The position numbers and the translations under genes are program-made. From an uncultured Chloroflexia bacterium (GTDB lineage Bacteria > Chloroflexota > Limnocylindria > Limnocylindrales > CSP1-4), in assembly GCA_963731995.1 (NCBI GenBank), contig CAVSXV010000004.1, forward strand, positions 384,973 through 448,972: 64,000 nt of DNA. The letters are read 5' to 3'. This document shows, piece after piece, positions 8,509-18,874 of the stretch. Numbering within the stretch: the first letter of the stretch is position 1; the number at the start of each line of letters is the position of its first letter. Below the pieces are notes generated by a model. That model was not told the origin of the DNA and made no database searches. It saw nothing but the letters and a program-made list of their open reading frames with translations.

Positions 8509-9480
8509 ATGACCGAACTCGCACCCTTCCGTCTGGACCCCGTGCTCGTCGAGCGACCGTGGGGTGGCTCTCGCCTGGCCGACTACGGCAAGACGCTCCC
8601 GCCCGGCACCGACATCGGCGAAAGCTGGGAGCTCTGTGACCTGCCGCAGGAGGTCGCGCCGCATGTCGACGATCCCAGCAGCGGCGTGCTCGACGGGCCC
8701 TACGCTGGCGCCAAACTGCGGACCGTGGTGGCTGAACGTACCGAGGACCTGCTCGGGCCCGTGGCGCCCACGAAGGACGGTCGCTTTCCACTGCTCTTCA
8801 AGCTGCTCGACGCGCGTGAGCACCTCTCGGTGCAGGTCCATCCGAACGAGGCCTACGTGGCCCGGCACCCCGAGGCCCGACTCAAGACCGAGTCGTGGTA
8901 CATCGTCGATGCCGACCCGGGTGCCGAGCTCTATCTCGACGTCACCGACGGCACCACTGTCGAGGACGTGGAAGCGGTCATGGGCACGCCAGGCATCGTG
9001 CCCCTGCTTGGGGTGCGGCCGGCGATTCCGGGCGCCTTCCATCATGTGCCGGCGGGGCTCATCCACGCGCTCGGCGCCGGCACGTTCGTGGCCGAGGTCC
9101 AGACGCCCAGCGACACCACCTATCGCATCTACGACTGGGCCGTGGAGTACGGGCGCACACCCCGACAGCTCCACGCCGCCGAGTCGCTGGGCAGCATCAT
9201 CCTCGACCCCGAAGCAGCGTTCTCGCTCGACGCCACCGTCGCCCAAGGCGTGCGTGGGCTCGTCGCGACCGACTACTACTGGATGCGCGAGCACCGCGTC
9301 GACCAGGGCTCCAGCGAGCTCGCCCGCACGCTCGGCCCGGTCGTACTCAACGTCACGCGAGGTTCGGTGCGGCTGGGTGACCTCGTGCTGCCGAAGGGCA
9401 CGACCGCGATCGTCCCGGCGTCCTCGAGCATCACCGCTGTCGAGTGCGACGGTGCGGTGGTGCTGGAGATGGGGTTCTAG
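8509..9480 (+). CDS. manA: type I phosphomannose isomerase (short catalytic form)
   Basis: MTELAPFRLDPVLVERPWGGSRL...GESWEL...FPLLFKLLDAREHLSVQVHPN...ESWYIV...PAGLIHALGAGTFVAEVQTPSDTTYRIYDW. Confidence 0.85.
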   Translation: MTELAPFRLDPVLVERPWGGSRLADYGKTLPPGTDIGESWELCDLPQEVAPHVDDPSSGVLDGPYAGAKLRTVVAERTEDLLGPVAPTKDGRFPLLFKLLDAREHLSVQVHPNEAYVARHPEARLKTESWYIVDADPGAELYLDVTDGTTVEDVEAVMGTPGIVPLLGVRPAIPGAFHHVPAGLIHALGAGTFVAEVQTPSDTTYRIYDWAVEYGRTPRQLHAAESLGSIILDPEAAFSLDATVAQGVRGLVATDYYWMREHRVDQGSSELARTLGPVVLNVTRGSVRLGDLVLPKGTTAIVPASSSITAVECDGAVVLEMGF

Positions 9481-9783
9481 GGGGCACCGGCCTCGCGCAG
9501 CATCGAGCCTCTACCCGTGGTCCCGGCACGTCCGACGCAGCGCGGCCCAGGAGGGTCGGTAGTCCACGTGCCTGCTCGATCGTCCGGGGCTCGAACGTCG
9601 CCGTCGCGTGTCCCGTGCGGGATGCCAGGCGACCGGCGAGGACCTCCCCGGTCGCCGGCCGTCCCGGGCGCAGGGACATTCGGATGCGGAGACACGGCCG
9701 ACGACACCCCGGACGGTCACGTGGCATGCGGGATGGGACAGGCGAACCAGCCGATGGGCCAGCCGGACACCAGCGCCCGCGGC

Positions 9784-9956
9784 GACGCTCGGTGCCCGCG
9801 GCGACGTTCAGCGCCAGGACGATGGCCTCCCAGATGCTCGCAGCGCGGACGCTCGACGCGCGCGGGAACGCCCGATGCGCGCGAGAACGCCCGGCGCGTA
9901 CGGGGACGCTCGGCGCAAGACGTTCGGCGCAGACGCTGGGTGCAGATGTCGGGCGC
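9784..9956. repeat. array of degenerate GACGCTCGGCGC-like 12-mers in a convergent intergenic region
   Basis: Copies read in order: gacgctcggtgc, gacgttcagcgc, gatgctcgcagc, gacgctcgacgc, aacgcccgatgc, aacgcccggcgc, gacgctcggcgc, gacgttcggcgc, gacgctgggtgc, gatgtcgggcgc. Spacing shrinks from about 19-30 nt to 13 nt. No frame looks protein-like. Confidence 0.5.
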
Positions 9957-9999
9957 CGCGAACGAGCAGGGCAGCCGTGGCCGCTCGGCCGTGCTCCGT

Positions 10000-11304
10000 C
10001 TAGAGCTCCGCGAATGTCTCCTCGAGGATGCCCAGCGCCTGCTCGACCTCCTCGGCCGTGGTGACCAGCGGTGGGACGACCCGCACGACGTTGCCGTAGG
10101 GGCCGGCCGACAGGAGCATCAGCCCACGGTCGAGCGCTCCCGCGAGGACCTGCTTGAGGGCCGCCGGGTTGGGCTCGCGTCCGTCACCCACACCGGGCTG
10201 CACCAGCTCCACGGCCACCATCAGGCCGAGGCCGCGGGTGTCGCCGATGACCGGGTAGCGCGCCTGCAGCTCGCGCACGCCGGCCAGCAGCTGCGCGCCG
10301 CGCTCGCGGGCGTTGTCGATGAGGCCTTCGCTCTCGAGCACGTCGATGGTGGCCAGGGCCGCGGCGCAGGAGACGACGTTGCCGCCGTAGGTGCCGCCGT
10401 GCGTGCCGGGCGGCCAGGCCTCGATGAGCTCGCGGCGGGCCACCAAACCCGACAGCGGCAAGCCGGAGGCGATGCCTTTGGCCACGATCATGATGTCGGG
10501 CTCCACGGCGGTGTGCTCGTGCGCGAACATGGCACCGGTGCGTCCGAAACCCGTCTGCACCTCGTCGACCACCAGGAGCATGCCGTGTTCGCGGGTGATC
10601 TCGCGCAGGCGCGGCAGGAAGGTCGGCGGCGGCACGATGTAGCCGCCCTCGCCGATGACCGGCTCGATGAAGATCCCCGCGACCTTCCCGGGATCGACCA
10701 TCTGGTGGAAGAGCAGCTCGAGACTGGCCTCCCACTCGCAGGAGCAGTCGGTCGGGTCGTGTGCGCCCCCCGGTGCCCGATAGCAGTACGGGAAGTCGGC
10801 GAAGTAGACCGAACCTGCGATCGGCTCGTTGGCCGAGCGGATGGAGTGCTTGGCCGTGGTCAGGGCCATGGCTTGCGCCGTGCGCCCGTGGAAGCCGTAG
10901 CGGAAGGCGATGACCGGGATCCGACCGGTGCTCACACGGGCCAGCTTCACGGCCGCTTCGACCGCCTCGGCCCCGGAGTTGCTGAGGAACGCGCCCCACG
11001 GTCCGCCGGGCAGCATCTGCGAGAGGCGCTCGTGCAGCCGCAGGCCGGGCTCGTGGTAGACGATGTTCTGCTGGCCGTGCAGGAGCTTGGCCGCCTGCTC
11101 CGCGATCGCCGCCACCACCCGCGGGTGGGCGTGCCCGGTGTTGGTGACGCCGATGCCGCTGGTGAAGTCGAGGTAGCGGGTGCCATCGCGGGCGACCAGC
11201 CACGAGCCTTCGCCGTGGTCCGCCTCGATGTCCGTGAAGCGAGCCCAGACGGCGGGCACGACGGAGTGGTCAGGCCAGGGCGCAGCTTCAGCAGCTTCGG
11301 TCAT
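10000..11304 (-). CDS. class III (GabT/beta-alanine-type) PLP aminotransferase
   Basis: 434 aa, intact: YLDFTSGIGVTNTGHAHP, LSNSGAEAVEAAVKLAR, GFHGRT, IFIEPVIGEGG, LLVVDEVQTGFGRTG, IMIVAKGIASGLPL (PLP lysine), THGGTYGGN. Confidence 0.9.
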   Translation of the reverse strand: MTEAAEAAPWPDHSVVPAVWARFTDIEADHGEGSWLVARDGTRYLDFTSGIGVTNTGHAHPRVVAAIAEQAAKLLHGQQNIVYHEPGLRLHERLSQMLPGGPWGAFLSNSGAEAVEAAVKLARVSTGRIPVIAFRYGFHGRTAQAMALTTAKHSIRSANEPIAGSVYFADFPYCYRAPGGAHDPTDCSCEWEASLELLFHQMVDPGKVAGIFIEPVIGEGGYIVPPPTFLPRLREITREHGMLLVVDEVQTGFGRTGAMFAHEHTAVEPDIMIVAKGIASGLPLSGLVARRELIEAWPPGTHGGTYGGNVVSCAAALATIDVLESEGLIDNARERGAQLLAGVRELQARYPVIGDTRGLGLMVAVELVQPGVGDGREPNPAALKQVLAGALDRGLMLLSAGPYGNVVRVVPPLVTTAEEVEQALGILEETFAEL

Positions 11305-11312
11305 GATCTCCC

Positions 11313-12234
11313 CTACCTTGGATCTTCCTGTTCGTCCTTCGGAACGCCGGTGATGGCCAGTGGGCCCAGGCCGCGCATGACCTCGCCGGCGGCGAAGCCC
11401 TGCTCGTAGGCCGGGAGGGGAGGCGGCGGCGCGTCACGCAGCTGCTGCCACATCCGGATCATCCCGTACGTGCCGTGCTGTCGGACCGTATCGACGCGGC
11501 CCAGGTCCAGCACCTGGTTAAGGTACTCCTCGCCGTGGCCGCCCGAGGTCAGCACATGTCCCTCGGGGTCGACCATCAGCGAACGGCCGGTGCCCATCAG
11601 CCCGCCGAGGTTGGGGCTGACCACGAAGACCTGGTTGGTGATGGCGTTGGCCCGCGTGAGCACCAGCTCCAGCTCGCGGTCGTTGGTGCGCGTGTAGGTC
11701 GGCTGGAGGATGACGTCGGCACCCATCCAGGCGAGGTTGCGGGTGATCTCCGGCACCCACGCGTCGAAGCAGATGATGAGCCCGAAGCGGCCCACGTCGG
11801 GGATGTCGAAGACCGTCAGCTGGTTGCCCGGCTTGGTGGTCTCGTAGGGCATCCAGGGCATGATCTTGCGGTAGGTCGCGACCAGCTCGCCCTCGGGTGA
11901 GAAGGCCAGCGCGGTGTTGTAGATGTCGCCGCCGGAGGCCTCGTAGATCGAGCCGGGCACGATCCACTTGCCGACCTCGCGTGCCAGCTCCGAGATCCGC
12001 TGCGTGAGCGTGCCGCCGATGGGCTCGGCCACCGACTCCACGTAGCCCGGCCGGATAACCGTCGTTCCAGCTGCCGAGGCCGGTGAGGTAGACCTCCGGG
12101 AACACGTACAGCTCGAGGTTGGGGAACACCGTTGCGAGCGTGCGCACGTGATGCTCGAAGGAGCGGAAGGTGGCCTCCCGGTCGTAGGGCACCGGTGCCA
12201 CCTGGGCGGCCACCACGCCGATGCTGCGGTTCAT
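11313..12234 (-). pseudogene. carbon-nitrogen hydrolase (nitrilase/amidase superfamily), one frameshift
   Basis: ATG 12234 overlaps the OppF-like stop (ATGA). MNRSIGVVAAQVAPVPYDREATFRSFEHHV...LYVFPEVYLTGLGSWNDGYPAG continues in another frame as YVESVAEPIGG...GLIICFDAWVPE (catalytic Cys). An extra base lies near 12047 (GGG run). Confidence 0.8.
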
Positions 12235-13243
12235 CCGTTCACCTCCCGTTCGAAGCGCTCTGTGGTCTGGTCTGCGAAGTGGCAGGCGGCAGGGCCTGCC
12301 GCCGTCGGGGTCGATGGTGGGCACGGTCGTCTCGCACTCCTCGGGTCGGTCCAGCTGCTCACGCAGCCAGCAGCGGGGATGGAAGGCACAGCCGCTCGGC
12401 GGTGCGGTGGCGCTGGGGATCTCGCCCGATAGCAGCAGGCGAGGCGGTCCGTCGGCGTCGACATCGGGGCGGGCCAGGATCAGGGCACGCGTGTAGGGGT
12501 GCTGCGCGTCCTCGAAGATGCGCTCGGTGGGGCCTTGCTCCACGATGCGCCCGAGATACATCACCGCCACCCGTTCACAGAGGTAGCGGATGACGCCGAG
12601 GTCGTGGCTGATGAGCAGATAGGTGAGGTCGTGCTCCGCCCGTAGCCGCACGAGCAGCTCGAGCACCTGCGCCTGCACCGAGACGTCCAGCGCGGAAGTG
12701 GGCTCGTCGAGGATGAGCAGACGCGGCTGCAGGGAGATGGCCCGGGCGATGGCCACGCGCTGGCATTGACCGCCCGAGAGCTCGTGCGGCCGCCGATCGC
12801 GTAGCGCCAGCTCAAGGCCCACCTCGTCGATGAGGCGCTCCACGGTCGTGCGCAGCTCGGCACGGCCCAGCTTGCGGTGGGCACGCAAGGGCTCGGCGAT
12901 GAGGTCGAAGACGCTCATGCGCGGGTCGAGCGAGCCGACGGGGTCCTGGAAGACGACCTGGATCTGTGGCCGCATGCCTGCGCAGCTTGTTGCCGCCGAG
13001 GTGGGTGATGTCGGTGCCCTCGAGGCGGATGGAGCCGGCCGTGGGCTCGATGAGCCGCAGGATGTTGCGCGCCAGCGTCGTCTTGCCCGAACCGGACTCA
13101 CCCACCAGCCCGACGGCCTCGCCGGGCAGGATGTCGAGGTCGACCTCGGTCACGGCCTTGACCAGGCCCGTGCCGCGATGGCCTTTGACCTCGAACTCCT
13201 TGACCAGGCCGCGGACCTCGACCAGCGGTGCCGCGTCGCTCAC
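12231..13243 (-). pseudogene. Opp/Dpp-family peptide ABC transporter ATP-binding protein (OppF-like), two frameshifts
   Basis: GTG 13243 overlaps the OppD-like stop (GTGA). VSDAAPLVEVRGL...GLVGESGSGKTTLARNI...LGGNKLRR | MRPQIQVVFQDP...[14 protein letters not shown]...LDEPTSALD...GCAFHPRC...DGGRP | AACHFADQTTERFEREVNG*. Frame changes near 12976 and 12291. Confidence 0.8.
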
Positions 13244-14230
13244 GGTGTTTCCTCCCCGGCCAGGTGGCAGGCGACCTGTTGGCCATCGATCCGACGCTGC
13301 GCAGCAGCGGCCGTTCGGTGGCACAGCGATCGAAGGCCAGCTCGCAGCGATCGCGGAAGGCGCAGCCCTCGATGGCCCCCGGATCCGCCGGCACCGAGCC
13401 CGGGATGGTGGCCAGCAGACCGGCCGAGCGATGGGTCCGGGGCACGGCCGCGATGAGGCCCCGCGTATAGGGATGCTGCGGGGCACCGAAGAGCTCGGCG
13501 GTGGGGGCGGTCTCGACCACCCGCCCGGCATACAGCACGGCCACTCGGCTGCACACCCGCCGCACCACCCCCAGATCGTGGGTGATGAAGAGGACGCTGA
13601 AGCCCATCTCCTGCTGCAGCCGCAGGAGCAGCTCCAGGATCTGGGCCGCGATGGTCACGTCCAGCGCGGTCGTCGGTTCGTCGGCGATGAGCAGCTTCGG
13701 CCGGGACAGCAGCGAGAGGCCCAGCATCGCGCGCTGGAGCATGCCGCCCGAGAGCTGGTGCGGGTAGCTGCCCATGACGCGGTCGGGGTCGGGCATGGCG
13801 CACGAGACGAGCACCTCGCGGATGCGCGCATCGGCCTGCTGCCCTTGAGGCCCTCGTGCTGGGCCAGCACATCGCGCAACTGTGCAGCCGAGGGTGAACA
13901 CCGGGTTGAAGCTGTTGGTCGGGTTCTGGAAGACCATGGCCACGTCGGTGCCACGCAGCTCGCGCCACTCGGCGTCCGAGAGCGAGAGCAGGTCACGCCC
14001 CAGCAGGCGCAGCTCGGTCGCTTCCACCTCCGCGGTGTCCGGCAGCAGGCCCAGCACCGAGAGCCCGGTGACGGTCTTGCCGCAGCCGGTCTCGCCGACG
14101 ACGCCGAGGATCTCGCCGGCCCCCACCTCGAGGTCGATGCCGGCCACCGCAGTGGTGCGACGGCCCGGGGTGCGGAAGCGGATATGCAGGTCGCGGATGC
14201 GCAGGACGGGCTCGGGCGCGTGGGTGGCAT
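13240..14230 (-). pseudogene. Opp/Dpp-family peptide ABC transporter ATP-binding protein (OppD-like), about four frame changes
   Basis: ATG 14230 shares a base with the OppC-like stop (TGATG). EPVLRIRDLHIRFRT...GVVGETGCGKTV...MVFQNPTNSFNPVFTLG | AQLRDVLAQHEGLKG | QADARIREVL...[14 protein letters not shown]...DEPTTALD...GCAFRDRC...ERPLL | RRIDGQQVACHLAGEETP*. Changes near 14220, 13886, 13840 and 13300. Confidence 0.8.
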
Positions 14231-15126
14231 CAGTCCTCCTGCCGCGGATCGAGCAGGCGCAGCAGCAGGTCGCCCACGAGATTGAACGCCAGCACCGTGA
14301 AGAAGATGGCCAGGCCCGGGAAGGTGGACAGCCACCACTGCTCGAGGATGTACTGGCGACCCTCGGCCACCATCAGGCCCCAATCGGGCGCGGGCGGCCG
14401 AGCGCCGAGGCCGATGAAGGCGAGACCGCCGGCGGCGAGGATGACCGTGCCGATGTCGATCGTGGCCTGCACCACGATGGGGCCGATGGAGTTGGGCACG
14501 ATGTGGCGGAAGATGATGGTGGTCTCACGGATGCCCATGGCCCGGGCCGCGTCGACGAACGGCCACTCCCGCAGGGAGACGGCCAGGCCCCGGGCGATAC
14601 GCGCATACCACGGCCACCAGGAGATGACCAGCGCCAGGGTGGCGTTCTGCAGCCCCGGGCCCAGGGCCGCCACGATGGCCATCGCCAGCAGCAGCGGCGG
14701 GAAGGCCAGGAACAGGTCCGTGACCCGCATGATCAGCCCATCGACCCAGCCGCGGTAGTAGCCAGCCATGGCACCGAGGGGCACGCCGATGAGGATGGCC
14801 AGGCCGACCACGATGAGCGAGACCTCGCACCGCGATGCGGGCACCGAGGATGACGCGCGAGAGCACGTTGCGACCGAGCCAGTCGGTGCCGAAGGGGTAC
14901 TCGGCGCTGGGCGGCTGCATGCGCTCGCTGACGTTGACGACGCCCGCGCCATCGCCGGGAGATCGGCGCCAGCCAGCGGCCCCAGCACCGCCATCACGAG
15001 CACGATGACGATGACGACCAGGCCGAAGAGAGCCAGCGAGTCGGCCGCGATGGCCCGCGCGGCCCGGCGCGCGAACCCGGGACGCTCGGAGATCTGTGCC
15101 GGTATCTGGTTGAAGGTGGCAGCCAT
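14230..15126 (-). pseudogene. Opp/Dpp-family ABC transporter permease (OppC-like), compensating -1/+1 pair
   Basis: MAATFNQIPAQISERPGFARRAARAIAADSLALFGLVV... The conserved N-terminal motif GDGAGVVNVSERMQPPSAEYPFGTDWLGRNVLSRVILGARIAV is readable only in an alternative frame between about 14957 and 14826. The sequence then returns to ...LIVVGLAILIGVPLGAMAGYYRGWVD... Confidence 0.8.
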
Positions 15127-16144
15127 CAGCTCAGCCGGATGCGTGGGATCGACCCAGGCCTGAGCCAGGTCGACCACGAGGTTGATGACCACGTAGGCCG
15201 CGGCACCGAAGAGGGCGATGCCCATGATCGCGGGGTAGTCGGTGGCGAGGATGGAGTGCACCGCGAAGGTGCCCAGCCCGGGCCAGCTGAAGACGATCTC
15301 GACGAAGAACGTGCCGGTGATGAGGTAGGCCAGGGTCAGGCCGATGATGGTGAGCACCGGCACCAGCGCATTGCGCAGCGCGAGGCGGCTGACGATCAGC
15401 CGTTCGCTCAGGCCGTATGCCCGGGCCGTCCGGACGTAGTCCTTGCCCAGCGTCTCGAGCATCGACGAGCGCGTCATCCGCGAGATGAGCCCGATGGGGT
15501 AGGCGGCCAGCGTGATGGCCGGCAGGACGAGGTGCCAGGCCACGTCTTGCAGTGCGGTCCAGTTGGCGGTCACGCAGCGCATCGAGCAGGTACATGCCCG
15601 TGACCTCGTCGATCGGGCTGGTGAAGCGCAGGTCCGAATCGACGCGGCCCGAGAGCGGCAACAGGTCGAGCGACCGGAAGAAGAGGATCTGCAGCAGGAT
15701 GCCCAGGAAGAAGGCCGGCAGCGAGACGCCGATGATCGACACGATGCGCACGCCGGCATCGACCGGGCGGCCCTGCCAGCGCGCGGAGAGCATGCCCAGC
15801 GCGAGGCCCAGCGGCAAGGCGATGAGCATCGCCGCCACGATCAGCTCGATCGACGCCGGCAGCCGGCCCATGATCTCGGCCAGCACCGGTTGCTTGGTGG
15901 CGATCGAGGTGCCCCAGTCGCCCTGCAGCATGTCGCGCATGTAGACCACGTACTGGGTGGCCAGGTCCTCGTTGAGGCCCAGCTGTTCGCGCACGCGCTC
16001 GATGTCTTCGGGCCGCGCACGCGGTCCGATGTACATCGCGGCCGCATCGGTGGGGATCAGCCGGGCCAGTGCGAAGACGATGACCGAGACACCGGCCAGC
16101 ACGACCATCGAGGAGGCCAGCCGACGCAGCAGGAAACGGGTCAC
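15126..16144 (-). pseudogene. Opp/Dpp-family ABC transporter permease (OppB-like), two frameshifts
   Basis: MTRFLLRRLASSMVVLAGVSVIVFALARLIP...GMYLLDAL | VTANWTALQDVAWHLVLPAITLAAYPIGLISRMTRSSMLETLGKDYVRTARAYGLSE...WVDP | RIRLS*. Frame changes near 15574 and 15144. The second one fuses the ORF to the OppC-like gene. Confidence 0.8.
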
Positions 16145-16228
16145 GACGCAGTGAACCTCAGGGGGTGAGCGAAAGAGATGGGCGCGCGGAAGGCGTCCTG
16201 CCTGCCACGCGCCCGATCGCGCTGGGGC

Positions 16229-17836
16229 CTACTCGGCTGGGTGCAGCGGGTAGATGAACTGGCTGAACGGGTAGTTGAGGTTGTACTCGTAGCCGGCGAT
16301 GCTGGTAGGCACCGGCAGCGATCTGCATGGTGTCGAAGAAGAAGACGCCGGGAGACTCGTCCACCAGCAGGTTCATGGCCTCGGTGTACTTGGCCTGGGC
16401 CGCCTCACGGTCGGTGCCGGTCAGCGTGGTGGCCTCGTCGATGAGCGCGTCGAAGTCATCGTCGGCCCAGTAGCTGAGGTTGAAGAAGGGCGCTTCGCTG
16501 GACTTGAAGAGCGAGGCCAGGTTGTCCGAGCCGGCGTCACTGTAGGTCGGCCAGTAGAGCACCACGAACATGTCCTGGCGGCCCGCAGGGTCACCCTTGG
16601 CGCGATCCCACTGCTGGCCCCAGGGCATGGGCGTGAGCGTGACGTTGATGCCGATCTGGCTGTACGCGTCCTGGAGCAGCGGAGCGAACGCCTGCTCGAG
16701 GGTGTTCTCGGCGGTGTAGCTGATCTCCATGTCGAAGCCGTCCACGCCGGCCTCGGCCATGAGCTCCTTGGCCTTCTCGATGTCCGTCTCGTAGACGGGC
16801 ACGCTCTCGTCGTAAGGGAAGACGCCGATGGGCACCGCGGCGCGCGACTGCGAGCCTTCGCCCTGGACCGCGACCTCGATGATGTCCGAGTAGGGCGTGG
16901 CGTAGGCGATGGCCTGCCGCACGAGCGGATCATCGAGCGGCGGGTTCTGCGTATTCAGCAGGCCGACGTAGTTGAAGAGGGCCGGGTCGCGGACGACATC
17001 GAAGTCAGGGTTGGCCTCGTAGTCGTCGATCGACTCGGCCGGCACGCGTAGTGCGATGTCGATCTGGCCACCATCGAGCGCCTGCTGCTGGCCGACCGCG
17101 TCGGCGATGGTGAAGAGCACCTTCTCGTAGTGGTCCACGTCGTCCCAACCGCCCCAGTAGTCCTCGAACTGCGTGAGCAGGACTTCCGTGTCCGGGGTGT
17201 AGTCCTCGAGCATGTAGGGGCCGGTGCCGAACGACGGCGCCGCGGTCTCGAAGTAGCTGTCGTCCGCGGCGGCAGCCTCGAGCGCAGCTGGGCTGACCAT
17301 CCAGGCCGCGTAGGTGGAGGCGGCGATGAGGTCGATGGCGGCGGGCGTGCTGAGGTAGATGTCGAGGGTGTAGTCGTCGACCGCGAGTGACGTCGGTCAC
17401 GGGCCACCAGATCCAGGATGCACCGGCGCGCTCGCGGGCGGCATCGATCGAGGCCTTGGCGGCTTCAGCGTTGAAGGGTGCGCCGTCGTGGAAGGTGACG
17501 CCTTCGCGGAGGTTGAAGGTCCAGGTCAGGCCGTCGTCGCTGACCGACCAGTCGGTCGCCAGCGCGGGCTCGAAGTCCTCGTCCGCGCCCTCGGGGGTGG
17601 CGTACAGCAGGGGCTCGTACATGTTGGCCATGTACAGCGCTTCGGTGGAGAAGGACTTGACCGGGTCCCAGGTGGTGATGGTGGCGGTGGTGCCGACCTT
17701 CAGGACATCGAGATCGCCATCCTGCGCTGCGACCGAGACGGCCGAGCCGGCGATGGCCACGCTGACCGTGGCAGCCGATGGCGATGCTGCGGCCGAACCG
17801 GCCGACAGTGCGCGGATGGGGAGTGGTTCCTTGCAT
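16229..17836 (-). pseudogene. family-5 peptide/nickel ABC transporter substrate-binding protein (OppA-like), three frameshifts
   Basis: GAGGAGGA RBS plus ATG 17836. After an extra base, the frame gives signal peptide KEPLPIRALSAGSAAASPSAATVSVAIAGSAVSVAAQD, then ...TWDPVKSFSTEALYMANMYEPLLY...LTWTFNLREGVTFHDGAPFNA... | AVDDYTLDIYL...GPYMLEDY... | VPTSIAGYEYNLNYPFSQFIYPLHPAE*. Changes near 17833, 17385 and 16312. Confidence 0.8.
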
Positions 17837-17968
17837 GCGTCCTCCTCGAGAGTGCCGTGGGCAGGCCCCGACCAGCGGGCGTCTCCTACCGCTTCGATCG
17901 GCACAGTCTTGCCGTCCTTCACTATTCCGTCTAATACTTGGAACGTTCATGAAACATACCTCGGAGGC

Positions 17969-18874
17969 ATGATGGAGCTCCGCCACCTGCGCTACTTCGT
18001 GGCCGCCGTCGAGGCCGGTTCGATCACCCGCGCCGCGGCCGTCGTGCGGGTGGCGCAGCCCTCCCTCTCGCGCCAGCTGCGCCAGCTGGAGGACGAGTCG
18101 GGGAGCCACTCTTCGATCGCAGCGGTCGACGCGCACGGCTGACGCCGGCAGGTGAGGTGTTCCTGCCCCTGGCGCGCGACCTCGTGCGGCGGGCGGATCG
18201 CGCCGCGGCCCTCATGCGCGGGCTGGCCGCTCCGGACCAGGTCACGCTGCGCATGGTCGCGCCGGAGACGACCGTGGCCGACGTCATCGCGCCGTTCCTG
18301 GCGCATCTGCCGAGTGACGCGCCCATGATCGATGTCCGTGAGGCGGTGCCGGCCCGGGTCCACGAAGAGGTGCTCAGCGGTGGCGCTGACGTGGGCATCA
18401 CCTCGGTGCCGCCGCCGACGACGGTGGCCGAGCCGGCTGCTCGTGCATTTCCCGGTCTGGGCCTACGTGCCGCCCGGATCACCGCTGGGCACGGCGTGGC
18501 ACCGTCACCATCGCGGGAGCTGGCCAGGGAGCCGCTTGCTGGTGCTTGGCTCTGACCACGGCACCCGCCGGCAGCTCGATGCGGCCATGTCCGATGCCGG
18601 GCCTCTCCTACGGCGTGGTGGCCGAGACCAACGTGCCCCAGGTGGCCCAGGCCCTGGCCGCGGCCGGCCGTGGCGTGGCCGTCGTCTCCGACGACGCCCG
18701 CTATGGCCTGCACGGCGTGCGCATCCGGCCCGCCGGCGGGTCACTCGCGAGCTGCGGGTGCCGCTCTTCGCGGCCTGGGACTCGAGCCACTACGCCGAGC
18801 CGGTCATCGGGAGCGTGGTGCGCGGCCTCGCCACCTACGCCCAGGAGCGCTACGCGGTGTCCGCCTCAGGCTGA
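17969..18874 (+). pseudogene. LysR family transcriptional regulator, about seven frame changes
   Basis: MMELRHLRYFVAAVEAGSITRAAAVVRVAQPSLSRQLRQLEDE | LGEPLFDRSGRRARLTPAGEVFLPLARDL... | RLLVHFPVWAYVPPGSPLGTA | GTVTIA | ELAREPL | LVLGSDHGTRRQLDAAMSDAG | LSYGVVAETNVPQVAQAL... | ...RELRVPLFAAWDSSHYAEPVIGSVV. Changes near 18097, 18433, 18497, 18516, 18538, 18600 and 18740. Confidence 0.75.

Noticed and set aside
9431-9727. Three overlapping minus-strand ORFs (69-98 aa) in the manA/aminotransferase gap as candidate small genes.
   Set aside because: All are Arg/Pro/Gly-rich with no hydrophobic core or motifs, and they overlap each other in different frames.
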